A stretch of DNA of 37,237 nt. Source: an uncultured Bacteroidales bacterium (GTDB lineage: Bacteria; Bacteroidota; Bacteroidia; Bacteroidales; UBA932). The number at the start of each line of letters is the position of its first letter. The stretch's first letter is position 1. Made by a program: the position numbers and the translations under genes. Under the pieces are notes generated by a model, which was given only the letters and a program-made list of their open reading frames with translations, was not told where the DNA came from and made no database searches. Where the stretch lies: positions 1-37,237 of the forward strand of contig CAMOIZ010000001.1 of the NCBI GenBank assembly GCA_946616385.1. Reading direction: 5' to 3'. Below are positions 9,566 through 19,504 of the stretch, one piece after another.

Positions 9566-10975
9566 TTAGTCTTTTAATTTCAATTTGCAAACGTTCTCGA
9601 CATGCTGCGTGTGGGGGAACATGTCCACCGGCTGCACGGCGAGAATTTCATATTTATCGGCCATCATGGCCAGGTCGCGCGCCTGCGAGGCAGGATTGCA
9701 ACTCACATAGACGATGCGCCCCGGAGCGGCGTCGAGAATCACCTTGACTACGTCGGGATGCATTCCTGCGCGGGGAGGATCCACGATCATCACGTCCGGA
9801 CGGCCGTTCTCGGCAATGAAATCCGGGGTAAGTACGTCTTTCATGTCGCCCGCATAGAAAACGCAGTTGTCGATTCCGTTCGCAGCGGCGTTCACATTGG
9901 CATCGTCAATCGCTTCTTTTACATATTCTATGCCGACAACCTTGGATGCCATCCTGCTGACGAACTGGGCGATAGTGCCGGTTCCTGTGTAAAGGTCGTA
10001 GACCACCTCGTTCCCGGTAAGGGCGGCGAAATCCCTCGCGACCTTGTAGAGATTGCAGGCCTGCAGAGTGTTGGTCTGATAGAACGACTTGGGTCCGATC
10101 TTGAATCGGAGACCTTCCATGTTTTCGTAGATGGCATCGTCGCCTTTGTACAGTATGCAGTTCTGATCGGAAATGCTGTCGTTCAATTTCGGGTTTATCA
10201 CGTACCACAGGGAACTGATCTGCGGGAAGGCCTCGCTCAACGAGTCGAGGAAATCCTCGCGAAGAGCGAAGTCCCCGGCAAAGCAGGCTATCACCATGAC
10301 GGCTCCCGATTCGGCCGTACGCACGAACACGGTGCGGAAAACGCCTTTGTTCTCACGGATGTTATAGAAGGGAATCCCGTGATCCAGCATATAGGCCTTT
10401 ACAAAGAGCCGGATGGAATTGGATGGTTCGGGTTGGAGCCAGCATTCCTCAAGATCCAGCACTTTGTCGAAGAATTTGCCAACATGGAAACCAAGCCCGC
10501 ATCGCTGGGCATCCGTCAGGGATTCGGGATCCTCGTCCGGGAGTATCCACCTGCGTTCCGAGGCGGTGAACTCAAGTTTGTTGCGGTAAAATACAGTCTT
10601 TTCGGACGGAAGCGTAGGAAGTATCTCGGGAACTTCCAGATGACCTATGCGCACCAGCTGATCGTATACCTGCTGACGCTTGGCCTCTAGTTGAAGCCGA
10701 TAGGGGAGCGGCTGCCATTTGCACCCTCCACAAACGCCGAAATGCCTGCAGAATGGCTCCAGCCTGTCTTCCGATGGCTTTTTAATGGCCGTGATCACCC
10801 CTTCAAGATAATTCTTCTTTTTCTTATGTATGCGGATGTCGACGACATCGCCGGGCACTGCGAATGGTACGAAAACAACCTGGCCGTCGGGGCTATGGGC
10901 AATGGCCTTGCCTTCCGCGGCAACGGCCTCTATCTTGATGTCTTCTAATAAAATATCTACTCTTTTCCTTGCCAT
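9566..10975 (-). CDS. rlmD: 23S rRNA (uracil(1939)-C5)-methyltransferase
   Basis: TRAM domain, Fe-S motif CRHFGVCGGC, SFYQTN, DLYTGTGTI, VDPPRAG, YVSCNP, VDMFPHTQHVE. Confidence 0.95.
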   Translation of the reverse strand: MARKRVDILLEDIKIEAVAAEGKAIAHSPDGQVVFVPFAVPGDVVDIRIHKKKKNYLEGVITAIKKPSEDRLEPFCRHFGVCGGCKWQPLPYRLQLEAKRQQVYDQLVRIGHLEVPEILPTLPSEKTVFYRNKLEFTASERRWILPDEDPESLTDAQRCGLGFHVGKFFDKVLDLEECWLQPEPSNSIRLFVKAYMLDHGIPFYNIRENKGVFRTVFVRTAESGAVMVIACFAGDFALREDFLDSLSEAFPQISSLWYVINPKLNDSISDQNCILYKGDDAIYENMEGLRFKIGPKSFYQTNTLQACNLYKVARDFAALTGNEVVYDLYTGTGTIAQFVSRMASKVVGIEYVKEAIDDANVNAAANGIDNCVFYAGDMKDVLTPDFIAENGRPDVMIVDPPRAGMHPDVVKVILDAAPGRIVYVSCNPASQARDLAMMADKYEILAVQPVDMFPHTQHVENVCKLKLKD

Positions 10976-10986
10976 TTGAATCGTTG

Positions 10987-12468
10987 TTAGTTGCCAAGCA
11001 CGGCAGCTTTGCTCGAGAAAGCAGAGGCTTCGGCATCACTGAGATACTTGCAGTGGCTGTGACTGCTGATCGCCTTTCCGGAAAGGTCTTTGCTGCCATA
11101 TTCCTTCCACCCGGAAGTTGCACTCGCACTCGAGGGATTGGGAGCCGGGCTGGCATACCATCCTGTGCCGGAGATGACAGGAGCCATGACGCAATTGACG
11201 TAAGTCACATTGTCGTAATAGTCTTTGCTGCCCCCGGAACGGGCAAGATACATCGCGCCGTTCTTCACACCTTCAGCGGCAGTAAGTTTGCAATTGAGAA
11301 ATACGAATCCCTTGTCGGAAGCATTGTTTACACGGGCCTGCACTATGTAACCGACGGCATCCGCACGGATCTCGCAGTCTTCGAACAGACACGCTTTGGG
11401 ATAACCCCAGATGAAGTCGCAGCCACCGGAGACGAGGGAATTGTGCACATATACCCACCCTTTGCAGAGGAAGGTATCCTGAAGGGAATGCAGGCTACAG
11501 TTCTCAATCGTGAGATGACCGTTGTCGTTGTTGAAGTAGATGACTTCGGCCTGGCCCTTTTCCTCGCCGAAAGTGTTCTTGAGGGTAAGATTCTCAATGG
11601 TGAGATTGTCGCAGCTCTCTACAAGTATGACTCCCCGTCCGCCACAGGCGCCGATCGCATTCCCAACCGTAGGCCTGGCAGAAGAACTCGCCCCGCTGCC
11701 GTTGGCATAGCTTTCGTTGTTAGCATAGGCGATCACGCTTCCAGCGCGTGACGCTCCCTTGATGGTGAGATTGTTCTTGTCGCGGATGAAAACTGTCTCT
11801 TCATAAACTCCGTCGGCTACGCTGATGCTTACTTCGGCGGATTTGCCCAGGGAGGCGGCATAACTGACGGCACCCTGAAGCGTGCAGAAATCGGCATCGC
11901 CGGCAGCACTGACTTTAAGTTGCGACTTGGAGGCCGGCTTCGCCTTGGTCTTGATGGAAAGATCTCCCTTTTTCAGGCCGTCATGCGAAACGATTACCCC
12001 CTTGTCGATAGTTACGTAATACTCCTTCCCGAAATCCAGAACGCCGCTGTGAGGGCGGATGAGGAGCTTTTTGCCATCTATCCGCAAAGGAGTATAATGA
12101 ATTATGCGCCAGCGATTTGCGCATTTGACAGCATCGAGAAAAGTATGAAACTTGCTTTCTTTGGTGAGCTGCTCGGCCGGAATCATCTGACCGTCTTTGC
12201 GTACGCTTGCATTCGCCATGTCGGCAAGGTCTATCTCGTCGACGAGTTTGTCGGAGCTGTCGAATATGCAGATCTTGCCCGAATCGCCCAGAACGGGGGC
12301 GGAAGCAAGCGTCAGCACCACGGGAGCGTCGACGCACACTGCATCGGGTTCTTCCTGGACGGGAGTCTCGATCACGGGGTCGTCCTGCCCGCCGTCGCCG
12401 GGTTTGTCTTCGGAACCCGAGCATGCCAGCGCCACGATCGGAAGAAGGAGATAAAGCAGTTTTCTCAT
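10987..12468 (-). CDS. Pectinesterase (CE8) family lipoprotein with N-terminal accessory domain
   Basis: Lipoprotein signal MRKLLYLLLPIVALAC (ATG 12468). CE8-like motifs DGVYEE, GQAEVIY, LQDTF, GGCDFIWG, GFVFLNC, YLAR. Confidence 0.85.
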   Translation of the reverse strand: MRKLLYLLLPIVALACSGSEDKPGDGGQDDPVIETPVQEEPDAVCVDAPVVLTLASAPVLGDSGKICIFDSSDKLVDEIDLADMANASVRKDGQMIPAEQLTKESKFHTFLDAVKCANRWRIIHYTPLRIDGKKLLIRPHSGVLDFGKEYYVTIDKGVIVSHDGLKKGDLSIKTKAKPASKSQLKVSAAGDADFCTLQGAVSYAASLGKSAEVSISVADGVYEETVFIRDKNNLTIKGASRAGSVIAYANNESYANGSGASSSARPTVGNAIGACGGRGVILVESCDNLTIENLTLKNTFGEEKGQAEVIYFNNDNGHLTIENCSLHSLQDTFLCKGWVYVHNSLVSGGCDFIWGYPKACLFEDCEIRADAVGYIVQARVNNASDKGFVFLNCKLTAAEGVKNGAMYLARSGGSKDYYDNVTYVNCVMAPVISGTGWYASPAPNPSSASATSGWKEYGSKDLSGKAISSHSHCKYLSDAEASAFSSKAAVLGN

Positions 12469-12474
12469 AACATA

Positions 12475-12502
12475 CAAATATAATCAGATTTTATTATTTT
12501 TG
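12475..12502. promoter_or_regulatory. Divergent -7 promoter elements (TATATTTG on - at 12475-12482; TATTTTTG on + at 12495-12502)
   Basis: Both match TAnnTTTG inside a 39-bp gap between divergent ATGs. Confidence 0.65.
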
Positions 12503-12507
12503 TAGAA

Positions 12508-13959
12508 ATGATTGTCAACATTATACTTTACGTGCTCTTTGCCCTGCTGTTTACCGGCGTGGTGACAATCATCATTTTCGACAACGGAGAGTCCGGCACC
12601 AAGATGGGATGGCTGCTTGCCATCACCGTCCTGCCGGTGCTTGGAATCGTGCTTTACCTGATGTTCGGCATGAATTACAGGAATCATCCGTTCTTCCACA
12701 GGAGGCATCAGGCCGCGAACGACAAATTCCGCTCCGAATTCGACGGCAAAATGCAACGTCTGCTGACCGACGAAATGCCTTACGGAAGTCTGGATGAGCG
12801 TTTCCGTCCTCTTGCAGTGCTTCTTTCCAGAAACGAAACGGGCAACACCCTTTTTGCCGGAAACTCTTTCGAAATTATCACTTCGGGGGGAAGGAAAAGG
12901 GAATTGTTGCTTAAGGACATTTCCGAAGCTAAGGAATTCATCCATCTCGAGTATTTCCATTTCGGGAACGACAGCGGAGGCAGAGAAGTGCTCGAACTGC
13001 TCGAAAAGAAGGCGCGCGAAGGCGTGGAGGTGCGTTTCCTCAATGAAAACGTGGCCAATTTCCCCATACCGGCATCGTACTACAACAAGATGCGAAAGTC
13101 GGGAGTGGAAATGGTGCGCTTCACGAATACCAAGCTTGGCCTCCTCGACCTTCCCTTGAAACTCAACTACCGCAACCACAGGAAGGTGGTGGTGATAGAC
13201 GGACGCATCGGCTATACCGGCGGCATGAACATCAACAACAACTACTTCTACAGGTGGCGCGACACCCATCTGCGCATCGAAGGCAACGCCGTCGCCGCCC
13301 TTCAGACTTCTTTCCTGGATTCCTGGCTGACATCCGGCGGGACTCTGAAAAAGAGTCTTCCCGATTACTATAAGGAATTCAGCCATGTTCCCGACGGCCC
13401 TTTCAAAGACAAGCTCATGCAGATCGTGCCGGACGAATCCGACTCCAGATGGCCGCTTCTGCAGATGGCATACGAATGGATACTGCAGAATGCAAAGGAC
13501 TACGTCTATCTGCAGACCCCCTACTTCGCACCCCCGGAATCGTTGCTGAACGCCCTCAAAGGGGCTGCGCTCAGGGGTGTGGACGTCCGACTGATGTTCC
13601 CCGAGAAAGTGGATACCCCTCTGATGGGGGCGGCCAACAAGGCCTACTACCGGGAATGTCTCGAAGCCGGGGTACGCATTTTCGAGCGCAAGGGAGAGTT
13701 CATTCACTCGAAGACCATAGTCTGTGACGACTACATATCGCAGATAGGGACCACCAACATCGATGTCCGCAGTTTCAGCCTCAATCACGAACTGAATGCT
13801 TACATATACGACACGCAGACAGCACTGGCATGCAAGGATATTTTCCTGAAAGACCAGTCCATCTCGCAGGAAATCCTGCTCGATCCCTGGCTCGAGGAAC
13901 GCAAATGGTACCAGATGCTGCTCTCGAGAATACTCCGGCTATTTGCTGGAGTGCTTTGA
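12508..13959 (+). CDS. cls: Cardiolipin synthase
   Basis: Two N-terminal TM helices and two HKD motifs (NHRKVVVIDG..GYTGGMN; HSKTIVCDD...GTTNIDVRS); WRDTH; TPYF. Confidence 0.95.
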   Translation: MIVNIILYVLFALLFTGVVTIIIFDNGESGTKMGWLLAITVLPVLGIVLYLMFGMNYRNHPFFHRRHQAANDKFRSEFDGKMQRLLTDEMPYGSLDERFRPLAVLLSRNETGNTLFAGNSFEIITSGGRKRELLLKDISEAKEFIHLEYFHFGNDSGGREVLELLEKKAREGVEVRFLNENVANFPIPASYYNKMRKSGVEMVRFTNTKLGLLDLPLKLNYRNHRKVVVIDGRIGYTGGMNINNNYFYRWRDTHLRIEGNAVAALQTSFLDSWLTSGGTLKKSLPDYYKEFSHVPDGPFKDKLMQIVPDESDSRWPLLQMAYEWILQNAKDYVYLQTPYFAPPESLLNALKGAALRGVDVRLMFPEKVDTPLMGAANKAYYRECLEAGVRIFERKGEFIHSKTIVCDDYISQIGTTNIDVRSFSLNHELNAYIYDTQTALACKDIFLKDQSISQEILLDPWLEERKWYQMLLSRILRLFAGVL

Positions 13960-13972
13960 TTTTCAATTGATT

Positions 13973-15427
13973 ATGAAAAAGTATTTATTTTTCTTCCTTA
14001 TTGTTCTCTCCACTGTTTCCTGCAATAAGAATCCGCAGGACGAAAAGTGGAAATCGCTCGACGATACCTACAGGCAGAGGTATTTCGTGAATCAGTTTGC
14101 CTTCAACATGATGAATGTCTACTACCTTTGGAAAGACGAAATCCAGAACGGACTCAATGCCTGGAAAGGTTCGGAAGAACCGGTATCCAAAGTGAAGTCG
14201 CTCCGTTACAAGGATGCCCAAGGCAGAGATGTCGACAAATGGACAGTCCTTACCGACAACATCAAAGGAATGCAGGAACAGGTGGACGGTAACACCAAGT
14301 CGATGGGTATCGACTTCAGTTTGTATGCCGCCGGCGAAAACAATGAACGGGTGGCCGTGGTCGTGAATTTCACATACGAAGGAAGCCCTGCCGCCCTTGC
14401 CGGAATCAAGAGGGGAGATGTCATCGTGGCCATCGACGGCCAGACACTGACTCCGGACAACTATAAAGATATCATCAACGAAACGATTCTCGGCAGCAAA
14501 AGCGCCAAACTTGCTTTCAACGACGGAAGGGAAATAAGCCTGGAGCCCGTGCAGATGTACCTTAATCCTGTTGGCTGCCACAAGATCATAGAAAAGGAAG
14601 ACCGCAAGATAGGCTATCTCTTCTTCAGCAGTTTCACCCGCGACGCAGCAGCCGACCTGGTGAACGTATTTTCGGAATTCAACTACGCGGGCATCACGGA
14701 ACTTGTGCTCGACCTCCGCTACAACGGCGGCGGTTACATGCTTACTTCCGAGGTACTCGCCTCGATGATCGCACCGGAGAAGGTAGTCAATTCAAAATGC
14801 ATTTTCCAAAGAGATATCTTCAACTCGATACTCACCGAGACATGGGGAGAAGAATACACGCAGTTCAACACCGATTTCACCATCGAAGGCACTCTGGGGA
14901 ACTACGAGATCTCCACTTCCGGCGCAAATCCCAACATCGACAAGCTCACTGTGATCATGACCAAATCCTCGGCATCCGCGTCTGAAAGCACTATCTGCGG
15001 ACTAATGCCTTACATGGACGTGACGATCGTGGGACAGAACTCATACGGCAAATACTGCGGCGGCTACATCGTGGAGAGCAAGTACTGGTATGACCTCTAC
15101 AAGAACGAGCTGAGTGAAGATACTTACAACGCCGGAATCAAATACACCGACAACTGGGGTATCTACGTGATGGTTTCGCGCTATGCCGACAAAGACGGCA
15201 ACACTCCCTGCATGCCGGACGGATTCGAACCGGACATCAAGGTGGATGATGATCCCCTGGACGGATACGAACTGGGCGACGAGAACGAAACCATGCTCTA
15301 TACGGCCATAAACGGCAAGGCACCTGAAAGGAGCCGTTCCGGTCTGCGGAAGAAAGCTTCCGCCCCTCTGGAATTCCAGTTCGAAAGACCCACCATAGCA
15401 ATCAAGTCCAAACCATTTCATAAATGA
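13973..15427 (+). CDS. S41 family peptidase lipoprotein with PDZ domain
   Basis: Lipobox STVSC after MKKYLFF (ATG 13973); GSPAALAGIKRGD (PDZ); LDLRYNGGG; SASASE; YGK. Confidence 0.9.
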   Translation: MKKYLFFFLIVLSTVSCNKNPQDEKWKSLDDTYRQRYFVNQFAFNMMNVYYLWKDEIQNGLNAWKGSEEPVSKVKSLRYKDAQGRDVDKWTVLTDNIKGMQEQVDGNTKSMGIDFSLYAAGENNERVAVVVNFTYEGSPAALAGIKRGDVIVAIDGQTLTPDNYKDIINETILGSKSAKLAFNDGREISLEPVQMYLNPVGCHKIIEKEDRKIGYLFFSSFTRDAAADLVNVFSEFNYAGITELVLDLRYNGGGYMLTSEVLASMIAPEKVVNSKCIFQRDIFNSILTETWGEEYTQFNTDFTIEGTLGNYEISTSGANPNIDKLTVIMTKSSASASESTICGLMPYMDVTIVGQNSYGKYCGGYIVESKYWYDLYKNELSEDTYNAGIKYTDNWGIYVMVSRYADKDGNTPCMPDGFEPDIKVDDDPLDGYELGDENETMLYTAINGKAPERSRSGLRKKASAPLEFQFERPTIAIKSKPFHK

Positions 15428-17613
15428 AACGAATAACCATTCTGGCAGCGGTGCTGCTGAGCATAGTTTCGTGCACAAGCAAACAGGATTATACGGCGGA
15501 AGTCAATCCGCTGATAGGTTCAGGATTCCACGGACACGTATTCGTAGGAGCCAACGTACCCTTCGGTTTCGTACAGGCGGGGCCGACCAATGTCACCCAG
15601 GGCTGGGACTGGTGCTCCGGCTATCATGAATCCGATTCAACGGTAATAGGATTCTCGCATACACACTTGAGCGGAACCGGTTGCGGAGACCTGCTGGACA
15701 TTACCGTAATGCCGGTAGTGGGAGAGGATCTGACCTACGCCCGGGGCAGAAAGGACGATCCTTCCACCGGCCTCTGGTCGTACGCCGACAGGAGCAGGGA
15801 GATAGCCGAACCGGGATACTACAGCATCCCTCTCACACGCTATGGAATAGTTGCCGAAATGACTGCGGCCGCCCGCAGCGCGATCCACAGATTCACTTTC
15901 CCGGCTTCCGGGCAGAGCGCCGTGGTCATCGACCTCAAAAATGGCGGAAATTGGGATCACACCACCGAATCATTCGCTGAAATCGTAGGCGACAATGCTA
16001 TCCGCGGATGGCGCTTCTCCAAAGGCTGGGCGAAGAACCAGAAAATCTTCTTCTATGCCGAATTCAGCAAGGACTTCGCTGACAGCAAGCACATTTGCGC
16101 CAAAGACGATTACGGCAAGGATCAGGAAAGGTTGTATACCAGACTCGGATTCAAGACCGCTGAAGGGGAGCAGGTGCTAATGAAGATAGGTCTTTCGGCC
16201 GTAAGCATGGATGGTGCAAAGATGAACCTAGACACCGAGATCAGGGGATGGGACTTCGACAAAGTGCGCCGCGATGCGAAGGCGCTCTGGAACAAGGAAC
16301 TCTCTAAAATCCGTATCAATGCCGACGAAAAGACAAAGACCATCTTCTACACAGCTCTCTATCATACGATGATAGCTCCTTCGGTCTATAACGACATCGA
16401 CGGCAGTTACCGCGGTTCAGATGACCGGGTGTACGATAAGGCCGACTTCGAAAACTACACGACTTTCTCGCTCTGGGACACCTACCGCGCCGAAATGCCT
16501 CTGCTCTGCATCATCGAGCCGGAAAGGATGGACGATATGGTGGAGGCCATGCTCAAGATATGCGAACAGCAGGGTTTCCTGCCTATATGGCATCTGATGA
16601 GCAACGAGACCTACTGCATGCCCGGAGAGGCGGGCGTGATCGCCGTAGCCGACGCCATAGTAAAGGGCTTCGACGGGTTCGACCGAGAAGCGGCGTATCA
16701 GGCCCTCAGGAGCTCGCTGGACACGGTGGGCGTCGGTAACGAATTCCGCATCAAATACGGATTCGTTCCCTCCGACCTCTGCAAGGAGTCGCTGGGCAAG
16801 GACATGGAATTCGCCATCGCCGACGCCGCGGTCGCAAATGCCGCACGAGCCCTGGGCAAGCACGATGACGCCATCTTCTTCGACCTGCGCAGCCACAGCT
16901 ACCGCAACTACATGGACCCAGAAACCCGCTTCGCCCGCCCCAGGATGCTGGACGGCAGCTGGCGCACCCCCTTCGATCCTTTCGGACACATCAACACGGA
17001 CTACACCGAAGGCAATGCCTGGCAGTACTCCTGGCTGGCACCTCACGACGTGGACTGGCTGGTGGAATTCTACGGCGGCAGGGAGGGCTTCGAAGCCAAG
17101 CTGGACTCCCTCTTTACGGCACCATCCTCGCTTGAAGAAGGCGCCGCGCCGGACATATCCGGCATGATAGGCCAATACGTGCATGGCAACGAGCCCAGCC
17201 ATCATATTATCTATCTCTATACCATGCAGGGATTCCTCTGGAAAACCGCGGACAGGGCAAGGGAAGTGATGAGCACCCTTTACACCGCCGACCGTGCCGG
17301 GCTTTGCGGCAACGAGGATGTGGGACAGATGTCCGCCTGGTACGTGCTCTCCGCGCTGGGATTCTATCAGGTAGAGCCCGCTTCCACCCGTTTCTGGTTC
17401 GGAAGCCCCATAGTTGACGATGCGAAGATTGACGTGGGAGGAGGGAAGACTTTCAGCGTCATAGCCCGCAACAACAGCGAGACGAACAAATACATCCAGT
17501 CAGTAAAACTGAATGGCAAGCCATACAGCCTGCCATTCATAGATTACAGCGACATGAAGGCCGGAGCCAAACTCGAATTCGAGATGGGCGCCGAACCGGC
17601 CCTCTGGTATTAG
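15424..17613 (+). CDS. GH92 alpha-mannosidase
   Basis: GFSHTHLSGTGCGDL, FSLWDTYRA, YTEGNAWQYSW, YVHGNEPSHH, GNEDVGQMSAWYV; lipoprotein signal. Confidence 0.95.
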   Translation: MKRITILAAVLLSIVSCTSKQDYTAEVNPLIGSGFHGHVFVGANVPFGFVQAGPTNVTQGWDWCSGYHESDSTVIGFSHTHLSGTGCGDLLDITVMPVVGEDLTYARGRKDDPSTGLWSYADRSREIAEPGYYSIPLTRYGIVAEMTAAARSAIHRFTFPASGQSAVVIDLKNGGNWDHTTESFAEIVGDNAIRGWRFSKGWAKNQKIFFYAEFSKDFADSKHICAKDDYGKDQERLYTRLGFKTAEGEQVLMKIGLSAVSMDGAKMNLDTEIRGWDFDKVRRDAKALWNKELSKIRINADEKTKTIFYTALYHTMIAPSVYNDIDGSYRGSDDRVYDKADFENYTTFSLWDTYRAEMPLLCIIEPERMDDMVEAMLKICEQQGFLPIWHLMSNETYCMPGEAGVIAVADAIVKGFDGFDREAAYQALRSSLDTVGVGNEFRIKYGFVPSDLCKESLGKDMEFAIADAAVANAARALGKHDDAIFFDLRSHSYRNYMDPETRFARPRMLDGSWRTPFDPFGHINTDYTEGNAWQYSWLAPHDVDWLVEFYGGREGFEAKLDSLFTAPSSLEEGAAPDISGMIGQYVHGNEPSHHIIYLYTMQGFLWKTADRAREVMSTLYTADRAGLCGNEDVGQMSAWYVLSALGFYQVEPASTRFWFGSPIVDDAKIDVGGGKTFSVIARNNSETNKYIQSVKLNGKPYSLPFIDYSDMKAGAKLEFEMGAEPALWY

Positions 17614-18308
17614 ACCTTGAACAAAGCGCACAGGGCGTTCTCCAGGATATAGGCCAGGAGGACGCCCGTTATTATTGCCTGCCAGGGAAGGCCGGCGACC
17701 GCGACCACGATCACTACGATAGCAGCGATGCTGACAATGGCATAGCGCTTCATCTTCGTGACGGCATCGGCATGAATATCCTTGCCGAACTTGAGCGAGA
17801 ACATGGGAATCTCGCATACGAGAAGCCAGCAGAACAGGAGGACGAAGACGGGAATAATCCACACGCTCGCCAGGTGCAGGGTGCAGAATGATCCGCAGAT
17901 CAGGGCACAGGCAGGCGTGGGGAGCCCGATGAAGCTCTCGTGCTGACGTTCATCAAGATTGAACTTGGCGAGGCGCAGGGCGCTGAACACCGCAAGCAGC
18001 AGAGGCAACCAGGCCAGATTGTGCCAGAAACCCTCCACGGACTGGCCGTACCATTCGTACAGCATTACCGAGGGAAGGACTCCGAAACTGACAATGTCGG
18101 CAAGGGAATCCAGTTCCTTGCCGATTTCGGAATAAGCCCCGAGCAGGCGGGCCGCGAGTCCGTCACAGAAGTCGAAAACAACGGCTGCGAGCATGAAAAG
18201 AAAGGCGAGTTCCAGGTTTCTGCCGCCGAGCGTAAGTATTATGCCAATCACCCCGCAGAGAAGGTTCAGCGAGGTGATGGCGTTCGGAATATGTTTTCTT
18301 ACAGACAT
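17610..18308 (-). CDS. pssA: CDP-diacylglycerol--serine O-phosphatidyltransferase
   Basis: IPNAITSLNL; CDP-alcohol phosphotransferase motif DFCDGLAAR...GKELDSLADIVSFG; LRLAKFN; FIGLPTP. Confidence 0.92.
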   Translation of the reverse strand: MSVRKHIPNAITSLNLLCGVIGIILTLGGRNLELAFLFMLAAVVFDFCDGLAARLLGAYSEIGKELDSLADIVSFGVLPSVMLYEWYGQSVEGFWHNLAWLPLLLAVFSALRLAKFNLDERQHESFIGLPTPACALICGSFCTLHLASVWIIPVFVLLFCWLLVCEIPMFSLKFGKDIHADAVTKMKRYAIVSIAAIVVIVVAVAGLPWQAIITGVLLAYILENALCALFKV

Positions 18309-19502
18309 TTACTTGACTCCAATCTTCTTCTTGAGATCCTTGGGAAGAGCATCCTTGTGAAGGAGGATATCCAGGGTCTGGCCCTTGACATAATTCTCGG
18401 TAACGTACCAGATTCCCTTGTACTTGCTGTTGGTGCCCCAGGAGTTCTTCACCATATAGTATTTGGTGCCGAACTGATCGTGGGCGATACCGAAGATCTG
18501 CATTCCGTGGTCGTCGGTAATGGTCTTGTTGTCGAAGCCCTTCTGACGGAATTCCTGGTCAGGAACGATTTCGGCGGGAGCCTCTATGGGAGCGGGCTTG
18601 CCTTCTTCCTTGCCTACCCAGTGCTCCTGGTCGGAGCCGCCCTGCTTGGCAACGGCATTGGGATCGATCAGAACGCCGATTCCGTTGCGGGTGAAGCCGG
18701 GTTCACTCACATCGGCGCCCCATGCAGCGGTATAACCGGCACGGATGGCATCGTCCAGAACCTTCATGAACTCGTCGATAGGCACATTGAAAGCCTCGTC
18801 CCAGCGCCAGTTGTCGCTCACCTCGATTGCAAATGAAGTATAGAAAGGATGATGGGTGAAGGATGTGAGCGTAACATAGTCTTCGGGGTTGAACTTGAGG
18901 GCATCGCGATATGATGCGGGAGTGTACTTCTTTCCCTTGTATTCGAATTCCTCGGGGGCTTCGCCCAGATAGGCATTGAGGATGGCGTTCACACCGCTCT
19001 TCCATGCGGGAGTAAGTTTGCGGTTGGGATTCTTGACGATAGCGCTCACGTAGCCCTTGAGGGCTGCGTCAAGTTCGCTCTGCTCCGGAAGTTCGGTGCC
19101 GTAATTCAAGCCGCTGTAAACTTCCTGCGGCACAATGCCGTAATCCTTGATAACATGAAGCACGTCATCCGCCTCGCTGCCGGCCGCGAAATTCAGGCAA
19201 CCGTCCAGGCGGACATACTTGTCGGCACGGTCGGAGTAGGACTTGCCGACCACGAACATCTCGGAGAAATCGGGGTAATCCGCCTCGCTGCTGATCTTGT
19301 TGATGCGGATCACTTCGGACTCCACGAATCCAATGGTGGAAAACGCCCAGCAGGTGCCGCTGCGATGCTGGTTCTTCACGGGAGTAATCGGATTCTCCAC
19401 ATCGGTAGTAAATTGATACTCAGGCCATTTGATGTTTGCCTTCTGCGCGTAGGCAGAACTGAAGAGAAGCAGCATGGCTGCAATGATGGTCAACTTCTTC
19501 AT
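18309..19502 (-). CDS. pepC: Papain-like C1B aminopeptidase (aminopeptidase C), exported
   Basis: Signal peptide; NQHRSGTCWAF (catalytic Cys), DDHGM (His), VKNSWG (Asn). Confidence 0.88.
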   Translation of the reverse strand: MKKLTIIAAMLLLFSSAYAQKANIKWPEYQFTTDVENPITPVKNQHRSGTCWAFSTIGFVESEVIRINKISSEADYPDFSEMFVVGKSYSDRADKYVRLDGCLNFAAGSEADDVLHVIKDYGIVPQEVYSGLNYGTELPEQSELDAALKGYVSAIVKNPNRKLTPAWKSGVNAILNAYLGEAPEEFEYKGKKYTPASYRDALKFNPEDYVTLTSFTHHPFYTSFAIEVSDNWRWDEAFNVPIDEFMKVLDDAIRAGYTAAWGADVSEPGFTRNGIGVLIDPNAVAKQGGSDQEHWVGKEEGKPAPIEAPAEIVPDQEFRQKGFDNKTITDDHGMQIFGIAHDQFGTKYYMVKNSWGTNSKYKGIWYVTENYVKGQTLDILLHKDALPKDLKKKIGVK

Positions 19503-19504
19503 AT

